DNA from: an uncultured Spirochaetota bacterium | Lineage (GTDB): Bacteria > Spirochaetota > Brevinematia > Brevinematales > JAOACQ01 | Direction of reading: 5' to 3' | Length of the DNA: 64,000 nt | NCBI GenBank assembly: GCA_963768055.1 | Contig: CAVYGN010000001.1 | Location: 1,280,001-1,344,000 of the forward strand | Shown here: positions 8,939-18,511 of the stretch, one piece after another | Layout of the letters: every line of letters starts with the position of its first letter | Position numbering within the stretch: position 1 is the first letter of the stretch | The notes under the pieces: model-generated | The model's input: only the letters and a program-made list of their open reading frames with translations | Database searches by the model: none | Told to the model about the DNA's origin: nothing | Made by a program: the position numbers and the translations under genes

Positions 8939-10045
8939 ATGAGGGCTGTAATCAGCGGCGGAAGGACCGGGGGGCATTTAATCCCAGGAATATCGATGTA
9001 TAGGGAAATTAAAAGCAGAAATATTAATTGCCGCTATATAATGAGCTCATTCGATCTTAATTACCCCGTCGTTGAAATCGTTGAAAAGGGCGACCGTTAT
9101 CTTCTCCCCCTTAAAAACATGTCAAGAAAATTATCCATAAAAACTCCTGTTTACATTATAAAAATTCTTATGACTTTTTTCAGGGTGCTGTGGCAGATAA
9201 GAAAATTCAATCCGGATTTTATTGTCATAACAGGAGGATATATATCGAATCCCGTCGCTTTATCCGCTGTCATTCTCAGGAAACCCCTTTATATAATAGA
9301 ACAGAACAGCGTCGCCGGCATCACTAACAGGTTTTACGCCCCGTTTTCAAGGAAAATATTTACTTCCTTTCCTGATACTAAAAAAATACCGTTAAAAAAA
9401 ACAGTCTTCTCCGGAAACCCCTCACTTTTCCATGAGAGGATTTCAGGAGATGTTGCAAGATCTTTTTTTAATCTTGGTGATTATAAAAGGATAGTAGGCG
9501 TAATTAGCGGAAGCCAGGGATCAAAAACAATCAATGAATGTTTAATTAAAATACTTCCGGAATTAACAAGAGACAATATCGGAATAATCTGGAGCGCAGG
9601 CTCGGTTGAATATGCAAAACTTTTAAATTCGAATGAGATTGACCGGCTGAAAAGTGAATACCCTAACCTGAGGGTCTATCAGTTCATTGAAAGGATGGAT
9701 TACTTTTTTTCAGCAGTTGACTGCGTGATTTCACGGGCCGGAGCTTCATCCATATCGGAACTTTTATATTATGAACGTCCGTCTCTATTGATACCTATAA
9801 AAAATTCCCCCGATAATCATCAGGCCCTTAACGCGTATTACTTGACATCGAACAACTGCGGGGTTGTAATTGATGAGGACGATTTGTCGCCCTCAATCTT
9901 ATCTGAAAAGTTGCTCCGGATGTTTGAAAACCTGTCTTATTACACTGAAATGATTAAAAAAATAAGCGGCATAAAGCCTCAATGCCCTGAAAAAGTCATA
10001 GTTGATAATATTATCGCTGATTATTTCGGTTTTAAGCCCTTTTAG
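8939..10045 (+). CDS. murG: UDP-GlcNAc:lipid I N-acetylglucosamine transferase MurG
   Basis: GGRTGGHLIP, TGGYIS, EQNSVAG, SGSQG, SRAGASSISE, HQALNA. Confidence 0.92.
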   Translation: MRAVISGGRTGGHLIPGISMYREIKSRNINCRYIMSSFDLNYPVVEIVEKGDRYLLPLKNMSRKLSIKTPVYIIKILMTFFRVLWQIRKFNPDFIVITGGYISNPVALSAVILRKPLYIIEQNSVAGITNRFYAPFSRKIFTSFPDTKKIPLKKTVFSGNPSLFHERISGDVARSFFNLGDYKRIVGVISGSQGSKTINECLIKILPELTRDNIGIIWSAGSVEYAKLLNSNEIDRLKSEYPNLRVYQFIERMDYFFSAVDCVISRAGASSISELLYYERPSLLIPIKNSPDNHQALNAYYLTSNNCGVVIDEDDLSPSILSEKLLRMFENLSYYTEMIKKISGIKPQCPEKVIVDNIIADYFGFKPF

Positions 10046-10065
10046 GGCACTTCTACTAACCGCCC
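10045..10065. repeat. 21-bp minimal GGGC...GCCC element between convergent murG and fliI
   Basis: ttta|gggcacttctactaaccgccc|ttta; first 11 bp identical to the left end of the 44141 element. Confidence 0.5.
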
Positions 10066-10070
10066 TTTAG

Positions 10071-11435
10071 TCACCTTCTTCGGACTTCCTCAAAAATTGA
10101 ATTGAGCTTCGACAGGGTTTCATCATAATTAGATTTTTCAAATATACCTTGTTTAGTGAATTGTTCTATCTTCTGGATCTTACCCAGGGCATAATCGATA
10201 GATGGATTCGACCCCCTGACATAAGCCCCTATATTAATAAGGTCTTCAGAATCTCTGTATGTAGCAAGGACTTCCCTCAGCTTGTTCGCGTTCTTTTGCT
10301 GAACGTCCCCTGTAACATCGACCATAAGCCTGCTTATACTGTTCAGGATATCTATGGAAGGGTAGTGATTCTTTGAAGCCAGATTCCTGGATAGAATGAT
10401 ATGACCGTCAAGTATACCTCGTACTGCGTCCGAAATAGGCTCATTTACATCGTCGCCTTCGACGAGAACTGTATAAAATGCTGTAATGGTCCCTTTTTCA
10501 GCGGCTCCTGTCCTTTCAAGCAGTCTGGGAAGTACCGAGAAAACGCTTGGCGTATAACCCTTTGTAGCCGGAGGTTCCCCTATAGCAAGCCCCACCTCTC
10601 TCTGCGACATAGCAAACCTTGTTATCGAGTCCATCATCAGCATAACATCAAGGCCCTGGTCCCTGAAATACTCGGCGATAGTCGTTGCAACGTACGCCCC
10701 TCTTATCCTCAGAAGCGGGGGTTCGTTCGACGTAACAGATACTACTACTGATCTTTTCAATCCTTCCTCGCCAAGGTCCCTTTCTATGAAATCCCTTACT
10801 TCCCTTCCCCTTTCCCCTATTAACCCTATTACATTGATATCGGCTGTAGTATTGCGTGCAACCATGCCCAGCAGTGTAGATTTCCCGACTCCGCTTCCCG
10901 AAAATATGCCAATTCTCTGGCCCTTGCCGATTGTAAGCACGCCGTCTATTGCCTTGATACCCGTCGTTATAGGCTCTGTAATCCTTTTTCTCCTGTAAGC
11001 GTCTGGCGGTTTCCTGTCGACAGGATAATAATCCATCGCTTTAACGTCGCCCTTTCCGTCTACCGGGGTTCCGTCGCCGCCGAGGACCCTGCCGAGAAGC
11101 TCTCTGCCAACTGGAATTTCGAGCTTTCTTCCAAGATTGAGGATACGAATGCCCGGCGAAATCCCTTTGACTTCTCCGAGAGGCATTATTAAGGTTTTAT
11201 TTTTTTTAAATCCTACTACTTCCGCCTTCAGACTTCCCGGAGACTGCCCGTTAGTGTTTATCTGGCATACATCGCCAATTGAAGCGAACGGACCGACAGA
11301 TTCAATAGAAATTCCAACGACATCGCTTACCCTTCCGATTGTTTTAATAGTTACTGCTCTATCGAGCGACTTTTCATATTTAGTAAAAACATCTTTGTTT
11401 TTTGTATCTATTTCATCGGTAAGAGTTTCGGCCAT
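10071..11435 (-). CDS. fliI: Flagellar export ATPase FliI
   Basis: GQRIGIFSGSGVGKSTL, GERGREV, DSITRFA; downstream of fliH. Confidence 0.95.
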   Translation of the reverse strand: MAETLTDEIDTKNKDVFTKYEKSLDRAVTIKTIGRVSDVVGISIESVGPFASIGDVCQINTNGQSPGSLKAEVVGFKKNKTLIMPLGEVKGISPGIRILNLGRKLEIPVGRELLGRVLGGDGTPVDGKGDVKAMDYYPVDRKPPDAYRRKRITEPITTGIKAIDGVLTIGKGQRIGIFSGSGVGKSTLLGMVARNTTADINVIGLIGERGREVRDFIERDLGEEGLKRSVVVSVTSNEPPLLRIRGAYVATTIAEYFRDQGLDVMLMMDSITRFAMSQREVGLAIGEPPATKGYTPSVFSVLPRLLERTGAAEKGTITAFYTVLVEGDDVNEPISDAVRGILDGHIILSRNLASKNHYPSIDILNSISRLMVDVTGDVQQKNANKLREVLATYRDSEDLINIGAYVRGSNPSIDYALGKIQKIEQFTKQGIFEKSNYDETLSKLNSIFEEVRRR

Positions 11436-11440
11436 GCGCG

Positions 11441-12469
11441 TTATCCTTTATCTTCAAGCAAAGATTTCTCTGCTATCTGAGATTCTTCAATTTCGTTTTC
11501 CAGTGCAGAACCGTTTTCCTTTGTTTCGGGCATTTTACCCTGAACTTTCATCGGCATATAATATTTAATTTTATTCTCGATTTCTTCAAGCTGAGTCGAT
11601 ACTTTGGCATCAATCTCACCGATATCGGTCTCGATATAAACCCCTCCCCGGTCGATTGCCGGATCTTCCAGTATTTTAACTTCAGGCATGCCTTCTATCA
11701 TTTTTATCAAATCTGCCTTGTGCCTGGTCACAAAATCGAAATCCTCACGGTTTACATGAATAAAAACCGTCATCGCTCCACGAACAAGCGACAGGGATTC
11801 CCTGACGTTGTTGATGACCATTTTATTATCTTCCTGGCTTAATTTTTTTACGATCTTTCTTACCATCGTCAGGACCAGATTGATAATCTGTCTTTCACTG
11901 TTAACAAGGATCTTCTCCCTTTCTTTTATAGTAGCTGCTATGATCGAATGAAGCCTTTCTACGACATTTTTCACTTCCTCGACGCCTTCCTTGTAACCCT
12001 CATCCCTCCCTGCTTCATAAGCTTCTTTTCTCGCCTGCCCGGTAAGTCTTTGCGCTTCTTCCCCGGCCTGTCTCAATATTTCGGATTCCTGTTCTCTTGC
12101 TTCGCTGATAATCCTTTCAACTTCGGCGGCCTGATCTTGCAAAGCTTTTTCTTTTTCTTCCATGGACTTTTTGACTCTTTCGAAGGCGTCCTTCTCCGCT
12201 TCTTTTTGAATGGCTTCCGCGTCAATTTCTGCTTTTTTGATTATTTCATCAGCTTCTTTTTCCCCGGCTTCCAGTTTAGCTGCTATTTCATTTTCAAGTT
12301 TTTTTATTTCATTATGAAGGTCATCGATCCTTTTATCCGATTCATCGACATCCTGCTCTTTGGTTTTCCTAAAAACTTTAGGCGCCTGGACAACAAATTT
12401 TGTATTCTCAATTAAATACTGTCCGGAGCGAAGTATTTTAGAATGAACATCGTTGAACGATTTTGCCAT
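11441..12469 (-). CDS. fliH: Flagellar assembly protein FliH
   Basis: Long coiled coil, GxxxG repeats, GGVYIETDIGEIDA; between fliG and fliI; likely start MAKSF. Confidence 0.9.
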   Translation of the reverse strand: MAKSFNDVHSKILRSGQYLIENTKFVVQAPKVFRKTKEQDVDESDKRIDDLHNEIKKLENEIAAKLEAGEKEADEIIKKAEIDAEAIQKEAEKDAFERVKKSMEEKEKALQDQAAEVERIISEAREQESEILRQAGEEAQRLTGQARKEAYEAGRDEGYKEGVEEVKNVVERLHSIIAATIKEREKILVNSERQIINLVLTMVRKIVKKLSQEDNKMVINNVRESLSLVRGAMTVFIHVNREDFDFVTRHKADLIKMIEGMPEVKILEDPAIDRGGVYIETDIGEIDAKVSTQLEEIENKIKYYMPMKVQGKMPETKENGSALENEIEESQIAEKSLLEDKG

Positions 12470-12491
12470 TATAATCCCCCGAAAAAACAAC

Positions 12492-13604
12492 CTAAACTAT
12501 AATCTCGTCTTCTGCATTTCTGGACAGGACGATCTCTCCCTGTTCCTCCAGCTTCCTGATTATATTTACTATTTTTTGCTGAGCTTCTTCAACGTCTTTC
12601 AGCCTTATCGGCCCCATATATTCCATATCCTCCTTGAGCATCTGAGCGGCCCTTTTCGACATATTCCTGTATATCTTATCCTGGACTTCAGGATCAACCG
12701 CTTTAAGGGCTTTAGCAAGATCGGAGGTATCGACATGCCTCAACACTTTCTGAATAGACCTGTCGTCAAGAGTTATCACATCTTCGAAAACGAACATCTT
12801 CTTCTTGATTTCTTCAGCCAGGTCGGGATCGTCTTCTTCAAGCGCTTCTATGATGTTCCTCTCTGTCGACCTGTCGGCATTGTTTAGTATCGCGACGACC
12901 GAATCGATACCTCCGGCCGATGTATAATCCTCGCTTGCCAGTGTGGAAAGCTTCCTCTCGAGCACCCTTTCAACTTCCCGCAATATTTCCGGAGAAGTCC
13001 TGTCCATCGTTGCTATCCTTTTAGCAACATCAGCCTGAATTTCATGGGGCAGGGCGCTTATAATATGAGCGGCCTTTTGCGAATCAAGATAAGACAGGAT
13101 AAGGGCTATTGTCTGGGGGTGTTCGTTTTGAATAAAGTTTATCAGATGAACAGGGTCTGTTCTTCTGATAAAATCAAACGGCTTTGTCTGCAATGATGAG
13201 GTAAGCCTGTTGATAATGTCGACGGCTTTTTGAGTTCCGAGGGCTCTTTCAAGGACTTCCCTGGCGTAATCCACACCGCCGTTTACTATAAAGTCCTGGG
13301 CCATCATCAATTCCTGGAATTCCATCAATACGGAGTCCCTTTCTTCAGAATCGACCCTATCGATCCTGGCTATTTCAAATGTCAGTTCTTCCACTTCATC
13401 TTCTTTTAGATGTTTGAATATATCAGCCGAAACTTCCGGACCAATGGATACAAGGAATACTGCAGCTTTTTCCCTTCCTGTGAGCGCCTTTTTCTTTTCC
13501 CTCTTTCCACCGGCTTTACCCTTATGTCCGCCGGTTCCCTGGGTCTGTTCGGCTGTTGCGGTTAAATCGGGATTTCCCGACGCAGGCATTTTATTTTCAG
13601 CCAT
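12492..13604 (-). CDS. fliG: Flagellar motor switch protein FliG
   Basis: EHPQTIALILSY, MFVFED, GPIRLKDVEEAQQKIV. Confidence 0.96.
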   Translation of the reverse strand: MAENKMPASGNPDLTATAEQTQGTGGHKGKAGGKREKKKALTGREKAAVFLVSIGPEVSADIFKHLKEDEVEELTFEIARIDRVDSEERDSVLMEFQELMMAQDFIVNGGVDYAREVLERALGTQKAVDIINRLTSSLQTKPFDFIRRTDPVHLINFIQNEHPQTIALILSYLDSQKAAHIISALPHEIQADVAKRIATMDRTSPEILREVERVLERKLSTLASEDYTSAGGIDSVVAILNNADRSTERNIIEALEEDDPDLAEEIKKKMFVFEDVITLDDRSIQKVLRHVDTSDLAKALKAVDPEVQDKIYRNMSKRAAQMLKEDMEYMGPIRLKDVEEAQQKIVNIIRKLEEQGEIVLSRNAEDEIIV

Positions 13605-13613
13605 ATATTCCTC

Positions 13614-15317
13614 CTATTCCTCAGCCAGCCAGGTTCTGATAAGGCGGGAGACATCGTCTGGCCTTTCCCTGGAAATATTGATGGCATTTTCCAGTAGTTC
13701 CGCCCTGGCTTTCTCTTCAATCGAAAGTTCGACTGTCGCAGCTTCTTCCTCCGCCGCTCTTAATGCAGCTTCTCTCATTGCCTGCTGCTGGCGTGAGATT
13801 TCTTCTTCTCTTAACCTTCTTCTTCTCTCAAATTCCCTGGCAACGGCTCTGTAAGCCAGGGTCGCCAGGAACAGGAAAAACAGCACGACAATTGATGCCA
13901 AAAGCGTTCTTCTAAGCTGGATCTTTTTTCTTATGCTTTCATTATCCTTTTCAAATTCTTTTGTATGATCAAAGGGTATCGACCTTACAACTACTTCATC
14001 GCCGCGTTTTATATCATAATTTACTGCACCTTTCAGCCAATCTTCGAAACCTTTCAAGCTGGCATCGTCAACCGGATGATAGATCCGTGCGACTATTCCC
14101 CCGTTTGTAATTATGGGGTCTCCATCGTCTTTACGAAGTATTTCCCATATTCCATCAATAGCTACAGCCACCGAGATCCTCTTGATTTCATAAGGGGCTT
14201 TCTCTTCAGTGACTTTTTCTTTACTGTTTTGATAATTTACAATATTCTCATTCTTCTGATAATGAGTAAAACGGTCCATTTTATCCTTTAACGCCGGCGG
14301 GACGTTGTTCTCAACGCCTGCAGGACCTTCGGGAACATACGCAGGACCCTGGAAGTCCTCCTTGGTTTCTTTTTGACTTACAGGGATATTTACCTCGTTC
14401 GAACTATTGTCATAAGAAAGCGTAGGGTCCCTTTCCCTGACGACAGTGGGAATGATCTTGTCCGCTTCGGATTTTTTCTTGGTCCAGTCGAATTCAATAT
14501 CCGCTGAAACTGCCAGTCTTTCAGGGCTTACAGATTTGGTCAGTTCATTTTTAATTTTGGCTATCAGAATGGCCTGTTCCCTTTCTTTAATTTTCAAGTG
14601 TTCCCTTGCCAGTTTTATACCGTCCGAGCCCTCGTCCGGAACCAAAAGGTCCGAAAGGACATTGCCTTTATCATCGACAACGACAATATTTTCAGGTTTT
14701 AAATTTGGGATGCCGTAAGCGACAAGATTGACAATGCCCTTTACCTTGTTTTTATTTTCAATAAAATCCGAATAAGGTTTCGGCGTTATAAGCACAGAAG
14801 CCGTAGTCGGCGATTGATAGTCGGAATAGAGGGATTCTTTCGGGAAACTAATCTCGATCGAAACATCTTCTATATCGTCAAGATTTTTCAGGTGTTTTAC
14901 CATTTCGCCTATTATCGCCCTCTGCAGGTTGACATTCCTTTCGAAATCGGTAGTGGTAAATTTCTCGGTGTCGAATAATTCCCAGCCCTTAACGTTGGAC
15001 GGAATGATCCCTTCCTGGCCCAGTCTCATCCTGATGGTGCGGCTCTGGGTTTCATCATTCAGCAAAACATACTTATCGTCTTTAGTTTCGAACTTGATGT
15101 TCCATTCGCTAAGTTTTTTTGTAACCCTGGCATATTCCTCCGCTGAAAGCGGGGATTTGTAAAGCATCGAATAGCTCTGCTTGGTTGAAATATTCGCCAG
15201 GAAAATTACCGAACCAATGACGCCCAGGAGTATTGCGCCAAGTATAAGCCTTTGTGTGAGGGTCATCTTATTAAAGATTTCCTGGAACCTCTTCAGAATT
15301 TCACTAAAATCTGGCAT
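13614..15317 (-). CDS. fliF: Flagellar MS-ring protein FliF
   Basis: Two TM segments, GWELFD..FTTTDFE, PTTASV, C-terminal LIRTWLAEE. Confidence 0.93.
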   Translation of the reverse strand: MPDFSEILKRFQEIFNKMTLTQRLILGAILLGVIGSVIFLANISTKQSYSMLYKSPLSAEEYARVTKKLSEWNIKFETKDDKYVLLNDETQSRTIRMRLGQEGIIPSNVKGWELFDTEKFTTTDFERNVNLQRAIIGEMVKHLKNLDDIEDVSIEISFPKESLYSDYQSPTTASVLITPKPYSDFIENKNKVKGIVNLVAYGIPNLKPENIVVVDDKGNVLSDLLVPDEGSDGIKLAREHLKIKEREQAILIAKIKNELTKSVSPERLAVSADIEFDWTKKKSEADKIIPTVVRERDPTLSYDNSSNEVNIPVSQKETKEDFQGPAYVPEGPAGVENNVPPALKDKMDRFTHYQKNENIVNYQNSKEKVTEEKAPYEIKRISVAVAIDGIWEILRKDDGDPIITNGGIVARIYHPVDDASLKGFEDWLKGAVNYDIKRGDEVVVRSIPFDHTKEFEKDNESIRKKIQLRRTLLASIVVLFFLFLATLAYRAVAREFERRRRLREEEISRQQQAMREAALRAAEEEAATVELSIEEKARAELLENAINISRERPDDVSRLIRTWLAEE

Positions 15318-15336
15318 TTTCCCCTCCTCCCCTGTA

Positions 15337-15669
15337 CTACCTCAACATCATGATATCGTTATAGGCCTTCATCGCTTTTTCAGTGATACTCTTTAAAAAT
15401 GACAATGACATTCTTGCTTTTTCAGAAGCAATCATGACTTCATGAACATCTACCTTTTCGGGGCTAAGTACCATTTGTTTCTCAAGATCGTCATAGTCGT
15501 TCGAGAGATCATCAGCTTTGTTGACCGCATCGAATAAAACCTGGGAGAATGGAGCAGTGTTCTTTTCCATTTTGTGAGCAATCACACCGTTTTCGTCGAA
15601 ATGTAGATCGCTTGTGGTTTTAAGTCCGGGATTACTCCCTGTAACCTGATCTCTTGTAATAGGTTGCAT
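15337..15669 (-). CDS. fliE: Flagellar hook-basal body protein FliE
   Basis: VDVHEVMIASEKA...AYNDIM; follows flgC. Confidence 0.92.
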   Translation of the reverse strand: MQPITRDQVTGSNPGLKTTSDLHFDENGVIAHKMEKNTAPFSQVLFDAVNKADDLSNDYDDLEKQMVLSPEKVDVHEVMIASEKARMSLSFLKSITEKAMKAYNDIMMLR

Positions 15670-15765
15670 CTTATACCCCTCCTCTCCGTAGTAATTTTTT
15701 AACTACTATAATTATGACTCTATTTTTTTCAATTTTGCAAGCTTTTTAAAAAAAATATTTTTCAT

Positions 15766-16221
15766 TTATTTACCTATGCTTAAAGCTTTTTCAAACATCT
15801 GCCTTGCGGAGTTTATGACAGTTACATTTGCTTCATAACTCCTGTTGGCAGCTATCATATCTACCATTTCCTCTACTATATTTACATTTGGGTACATAAC
15901 GTAACCCTTAAACTTACCGGATTGAATAGCATCCGGATGCGTCGGATCATATACCATCCTCGGTGGTTTTTCATCTTTTTCAATTTTAAGGACCCTTACG
16001 CCGTCGCCGATCTGTTTTTTTAAATTATCTGGCAGAAGATAAGACTTAAATGTCAGACTGTCGTCGATCGGCCGTAAAATGATACTTGAACGCTGGAAAG
16101 GACCTCCTTCGGTCGTTCTCGTTGTTGTCGAATTGGCTATGTTATTCGCTATAACATCAAGTCTGAGCCTCTGTGCAGTCAAGCCGCTTCCGCTTATATT
16201 TAACGTACTGAACATTCCCAT
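15766..16221 (-). CDS. flgC: Flagellar basal-body rod protein FlgC
   Basis: SGLTAQRLRLDVIANNIAN, YDPTHPDA, PNVNIVEEMVDMI. Confidence 0.96.
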   Translation of the reverse strand: MGMFSTLNISGSGLTAQRLRLDVIANNIANSTTTRTTEGGPFQRSSIILRPIDDSLTFKSYLLPDNLKKQIGDGVRVLKIEKDEKPPRMVYDPTHPDAIQSGKFKGYVMYPNVNIVEEMVDMIAANRSYEANVTVINSARQMFEKALSIGK

Positions 16222-16232
16222 CTATCCCCTCC

Positions 16233-16655
16233 CTATCTCATCATCAAATCAAGGATTTTTAAATTACGAGAATAACTTTCAACGAGGGCGTTGTATTGAA
16301 GCGAATTCTTAGTGGCGTCAGTCATTTCTTTATCGATATCCACATTATTTTTATCATTTTTACTTATGGAGTCGTATTCTACCTGGATCTTGGGTTTTAC
16401 AGTCCTGTAATCAATCATATCGTCGAAAGATATATGCCTTTTGTCGGTAAGTAATGCCGGAAACTCAGGTTCCTTCTCCGATTCAACAGCCCTCTGAAGC
16501 TGTGATTCGAAAGTCACTTCGGATCTTTTAAAAAAGGGGGTATCGGCGTTTGCAATATTGTCGGCGATTACATCCCTTCTGAGAACATTCGCATTAAGCG
16601 CCATTTCGATCATTTCCATCTTTTTCCCGTAACCGGTACTGACATCGAAAAACAT
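16233..16655 (-). CDS. flgB: Flagellar basal-body rod protein FlgB
   Basis: IADNIANADTPFFK, DKNNVDIDKEM. Confidence 0.95.
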   Translation of the reverse strand: MFFDVSTGYGKKMEMIEMALNANVLRRDVIADNIANADTPFFKRSEVTFESQLQRAVESEKEPEFPALLTDKRHISFDDMIDYRTVKPKIQVEYDSISKNDKNNVDIDKEMTDATKNSLQYNALVESYSRNLKILDLMMR

Positions 16656-16692
16656 ACGATCTCCTTAATAATTATAAGGTTCTCTTTAAAAA

Positions 16693-16719
16693 ATATCGGA
16701 AAATAATTAACTATGATTA
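16693..16719 (-). promoter_or_regulatory. Candidate sigma28 (FliA/SigD-type) promoter for the flgB operon
   Basis: Minus strand TAAT-15 bp-TCCGATAT versus consensus TAAA-N15-GCCGATAW, 37 bp upstream of the flgB start. Confidence 0.5.
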
Positions 16720-16743
16720 GTATTTTCTTAAAAACTTGATCTG

Positions 16744-16871
16744 TGTCATTTCGAGCGAAGCGTTTATCCTGTAGGGTTTATCCCGTCCTAGCGGGGAAGA
16801 AATCTTCCCTGACTCCAAAGAAGATTTCTCGTCATACAGCCCCTTCAGGGGCTGTTATCCTCGAAATGACA
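16744..16871. repeat. TGTCATTTCG...CGAAATGACA palindromic element with nested hairpins
   Basis: Terminal IR tgtcatttcgag/ctcgaaatgaca, inner IR agaaatct/agatttct; inverted homologue at 47741-47846. Confidence 0.8.
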
Positions 16872-16891
16872 AGGTTTTCAAATCAACTATT

Positions 16892-17311
16892 CTATTTCCA
16901 ATAGGCCAGTATTACTCCCATGACTAAGAGCGATATCAGCCAGAAAGCGTTATCCAGGATCCAGAGCTTCCATGGTCTTTTTTCATAAAGTACACCGTAA
17001 AGAGTCACTGGAGCGAAAAACCCTATCCAGTTGAAAAACCCGACCATCAGCCCCCCGGCAAAACTCGTCATAGGCCAACCCGCTGTTTTAAAGTAGCCTG
17101 AAGCGAAAATCAGGGCATGATCGAGAACGTAGCTTATCAGAAGGGCCCCGATAATGCCCAGAATTATAGTACCTGCGTTAGGCTTCATTTCTTTTAGTCC
17201 TGTCAGTTTCAGCCAGGTTTTCTGGAAGATCAACGAATACCAGATGTAGGCAATTATATAATTAGCTATCGCAGCTACAACTACCGCCAAATAGTTAATA
17301 GGAACTGTCAT
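16892..17311 (-). CDS. DUF1761-like membrane protein
   Basis: INYLAVVVAAIA..IWYS..F...W pattern, four TM segments. Confidence 0.75.
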   Translation of the reverse strand: MTVPINYLAVVVAAIANYIIAYIWYSLIFQKTWLKLTGLKEMKPNAGTIILGIIGALLISYVLDHALIFASGYFKTAGWPMTSFAGGLMVGFFNWIGFFAPVTLYGVLYEKRPWKLWILDNAFWLISLLVMGVILAYWK

Positions 17312-17478
17312 ATATTCCTTCTTTATTTATCTATATATAAGATATTTAAATAAGCAGGATTAAAACGTCAAATTTTTTTCCGGCATACTTCAGCCTGCAG
17401 TCGATAGTCGGCAGTCGCCATTTTGTTCTCTGTTGACTAATTAATTGTGCTTTAATGTGCTTTATTGTTCTTTTTTAA

Positions 17479-17646
17479 GGTCGCTTCTAAATACCTTCGG
17501 ATAGGAAGCCTCCCCTATCGGGGATAAACCCATCCGGGGACAAGCGCACCTGTCCTGGGGCCAGGCACCAGGGCCCATTGGGCATATATTTAAAGTTATA
17601 CTGAACCTGATTCAATGGTAATATTCTTTAAATATTAGAACTGCCC
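17479..17646. mobile_element. GGGC-ended MITE-like element (subfamily A) carrying a ~60-bp insert
   Basis: Colinear with 61731-61840 apart from the insert at ~17510-17571; ttaa on both flanks. Confidence 0.75.
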
Positions 17647-17702
17647 TTAACCGAATATTAATTTTTTCTTAATAAAAATTAAATGATTACCGGTTTATAA
17701 TC

Positions 17703-18482
17703 ATGCAAAAAAGAAGAATTTCAATGAAATTTAATTCAATTTTCAGGAAAAAGCTTCCCTATTTAACCATGCCTGAACGCATTGTTCTCAGATCCATTCT
17801 CTTTCTTTTCAAAGGCCTGATAACTGTTAATAATGAAAATTCTCTTGCAGGCCTCGAAGACCCGGTAATTTTTGCCTTTAATCATAATTCTCATTATGAA
17901 ACATTTTTATTAGGAAGCTATCTGATATTTAAGAGGGATGGAAAAAAAATTTCATTCATCATCGATTGGATGTTCAGGTTCCTGCCTATAGCCGGCTGGA
18001 TAATCAACAGGTCAAATCCTGTTTATGTTTATAACAAGCCCTCAACGATAGGCTTATTAAACAGGTTTTTTAAAGCTGAAACCGGAACAAAAGTATATGA
18101 ACAGTGCTCAAGATTAATTTCGGATAAAGTGAGCCTTGGAATTTTCCCGGAGGGAACCATAAATCGCGACCCCGGTTTTTTAAAGAAGGCTAAATCAGGG
18201 GCAGCCAGGATAGTGTTGAATACAAACGCAGGAGTCGTTCCGATTGGGATTGATTTTCTCCATAGGGAAAAGAGGAAAACAAGCCCATTGTTCGGCCCTA
18301 TTATTTTCAATATTGGAGAAAAAATGTGTTTCTCAGAATATTATGAACTCGCCTGTAAACTCAGGGATTCAGAAATCCCGGAACATGAAAGAAAGATATC
18401 TGAGATCAATATACGGAATATCATTACTCATAAAATTATGAGCGAAATTTCCCGTTTATCGGGAAAGATTTATCCTTTTTAA
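17703..18482 (+). CDS. Lysophospholipid acyltransferase (PlsC/LPLAT family)
   Basis: NHNSHYE (variant of HxxxxD), IFPEGT, VVPIGI. Confidence 0.85.
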   Translation: MQKRRISMKFNSIFRKKLPYLTMPERIVLRSILFLFKGLITVNNENSLAGLEDPVIFAFNHNSHYETFLLGSYLIFKRDGKKISFIIDWMFRFLPIAGWIINRSNPVYVYNKPSTIGLLNRFFKAETGTKVYEQCSRLISDKVSLGIFPEGTINRDPGFLKKAKSGAARIVLNTNAGVVPIGIDFLHREKRKTSPLFGPIIFNIGEKMCFSEYYELACKLRDSEIPEHERKISEINIRNIITHKIMSEISRLSGKIYPF

Positions 18483-18511
18483 AAATTATATGCCTTATAT
18501 AGGAGGGGTTT

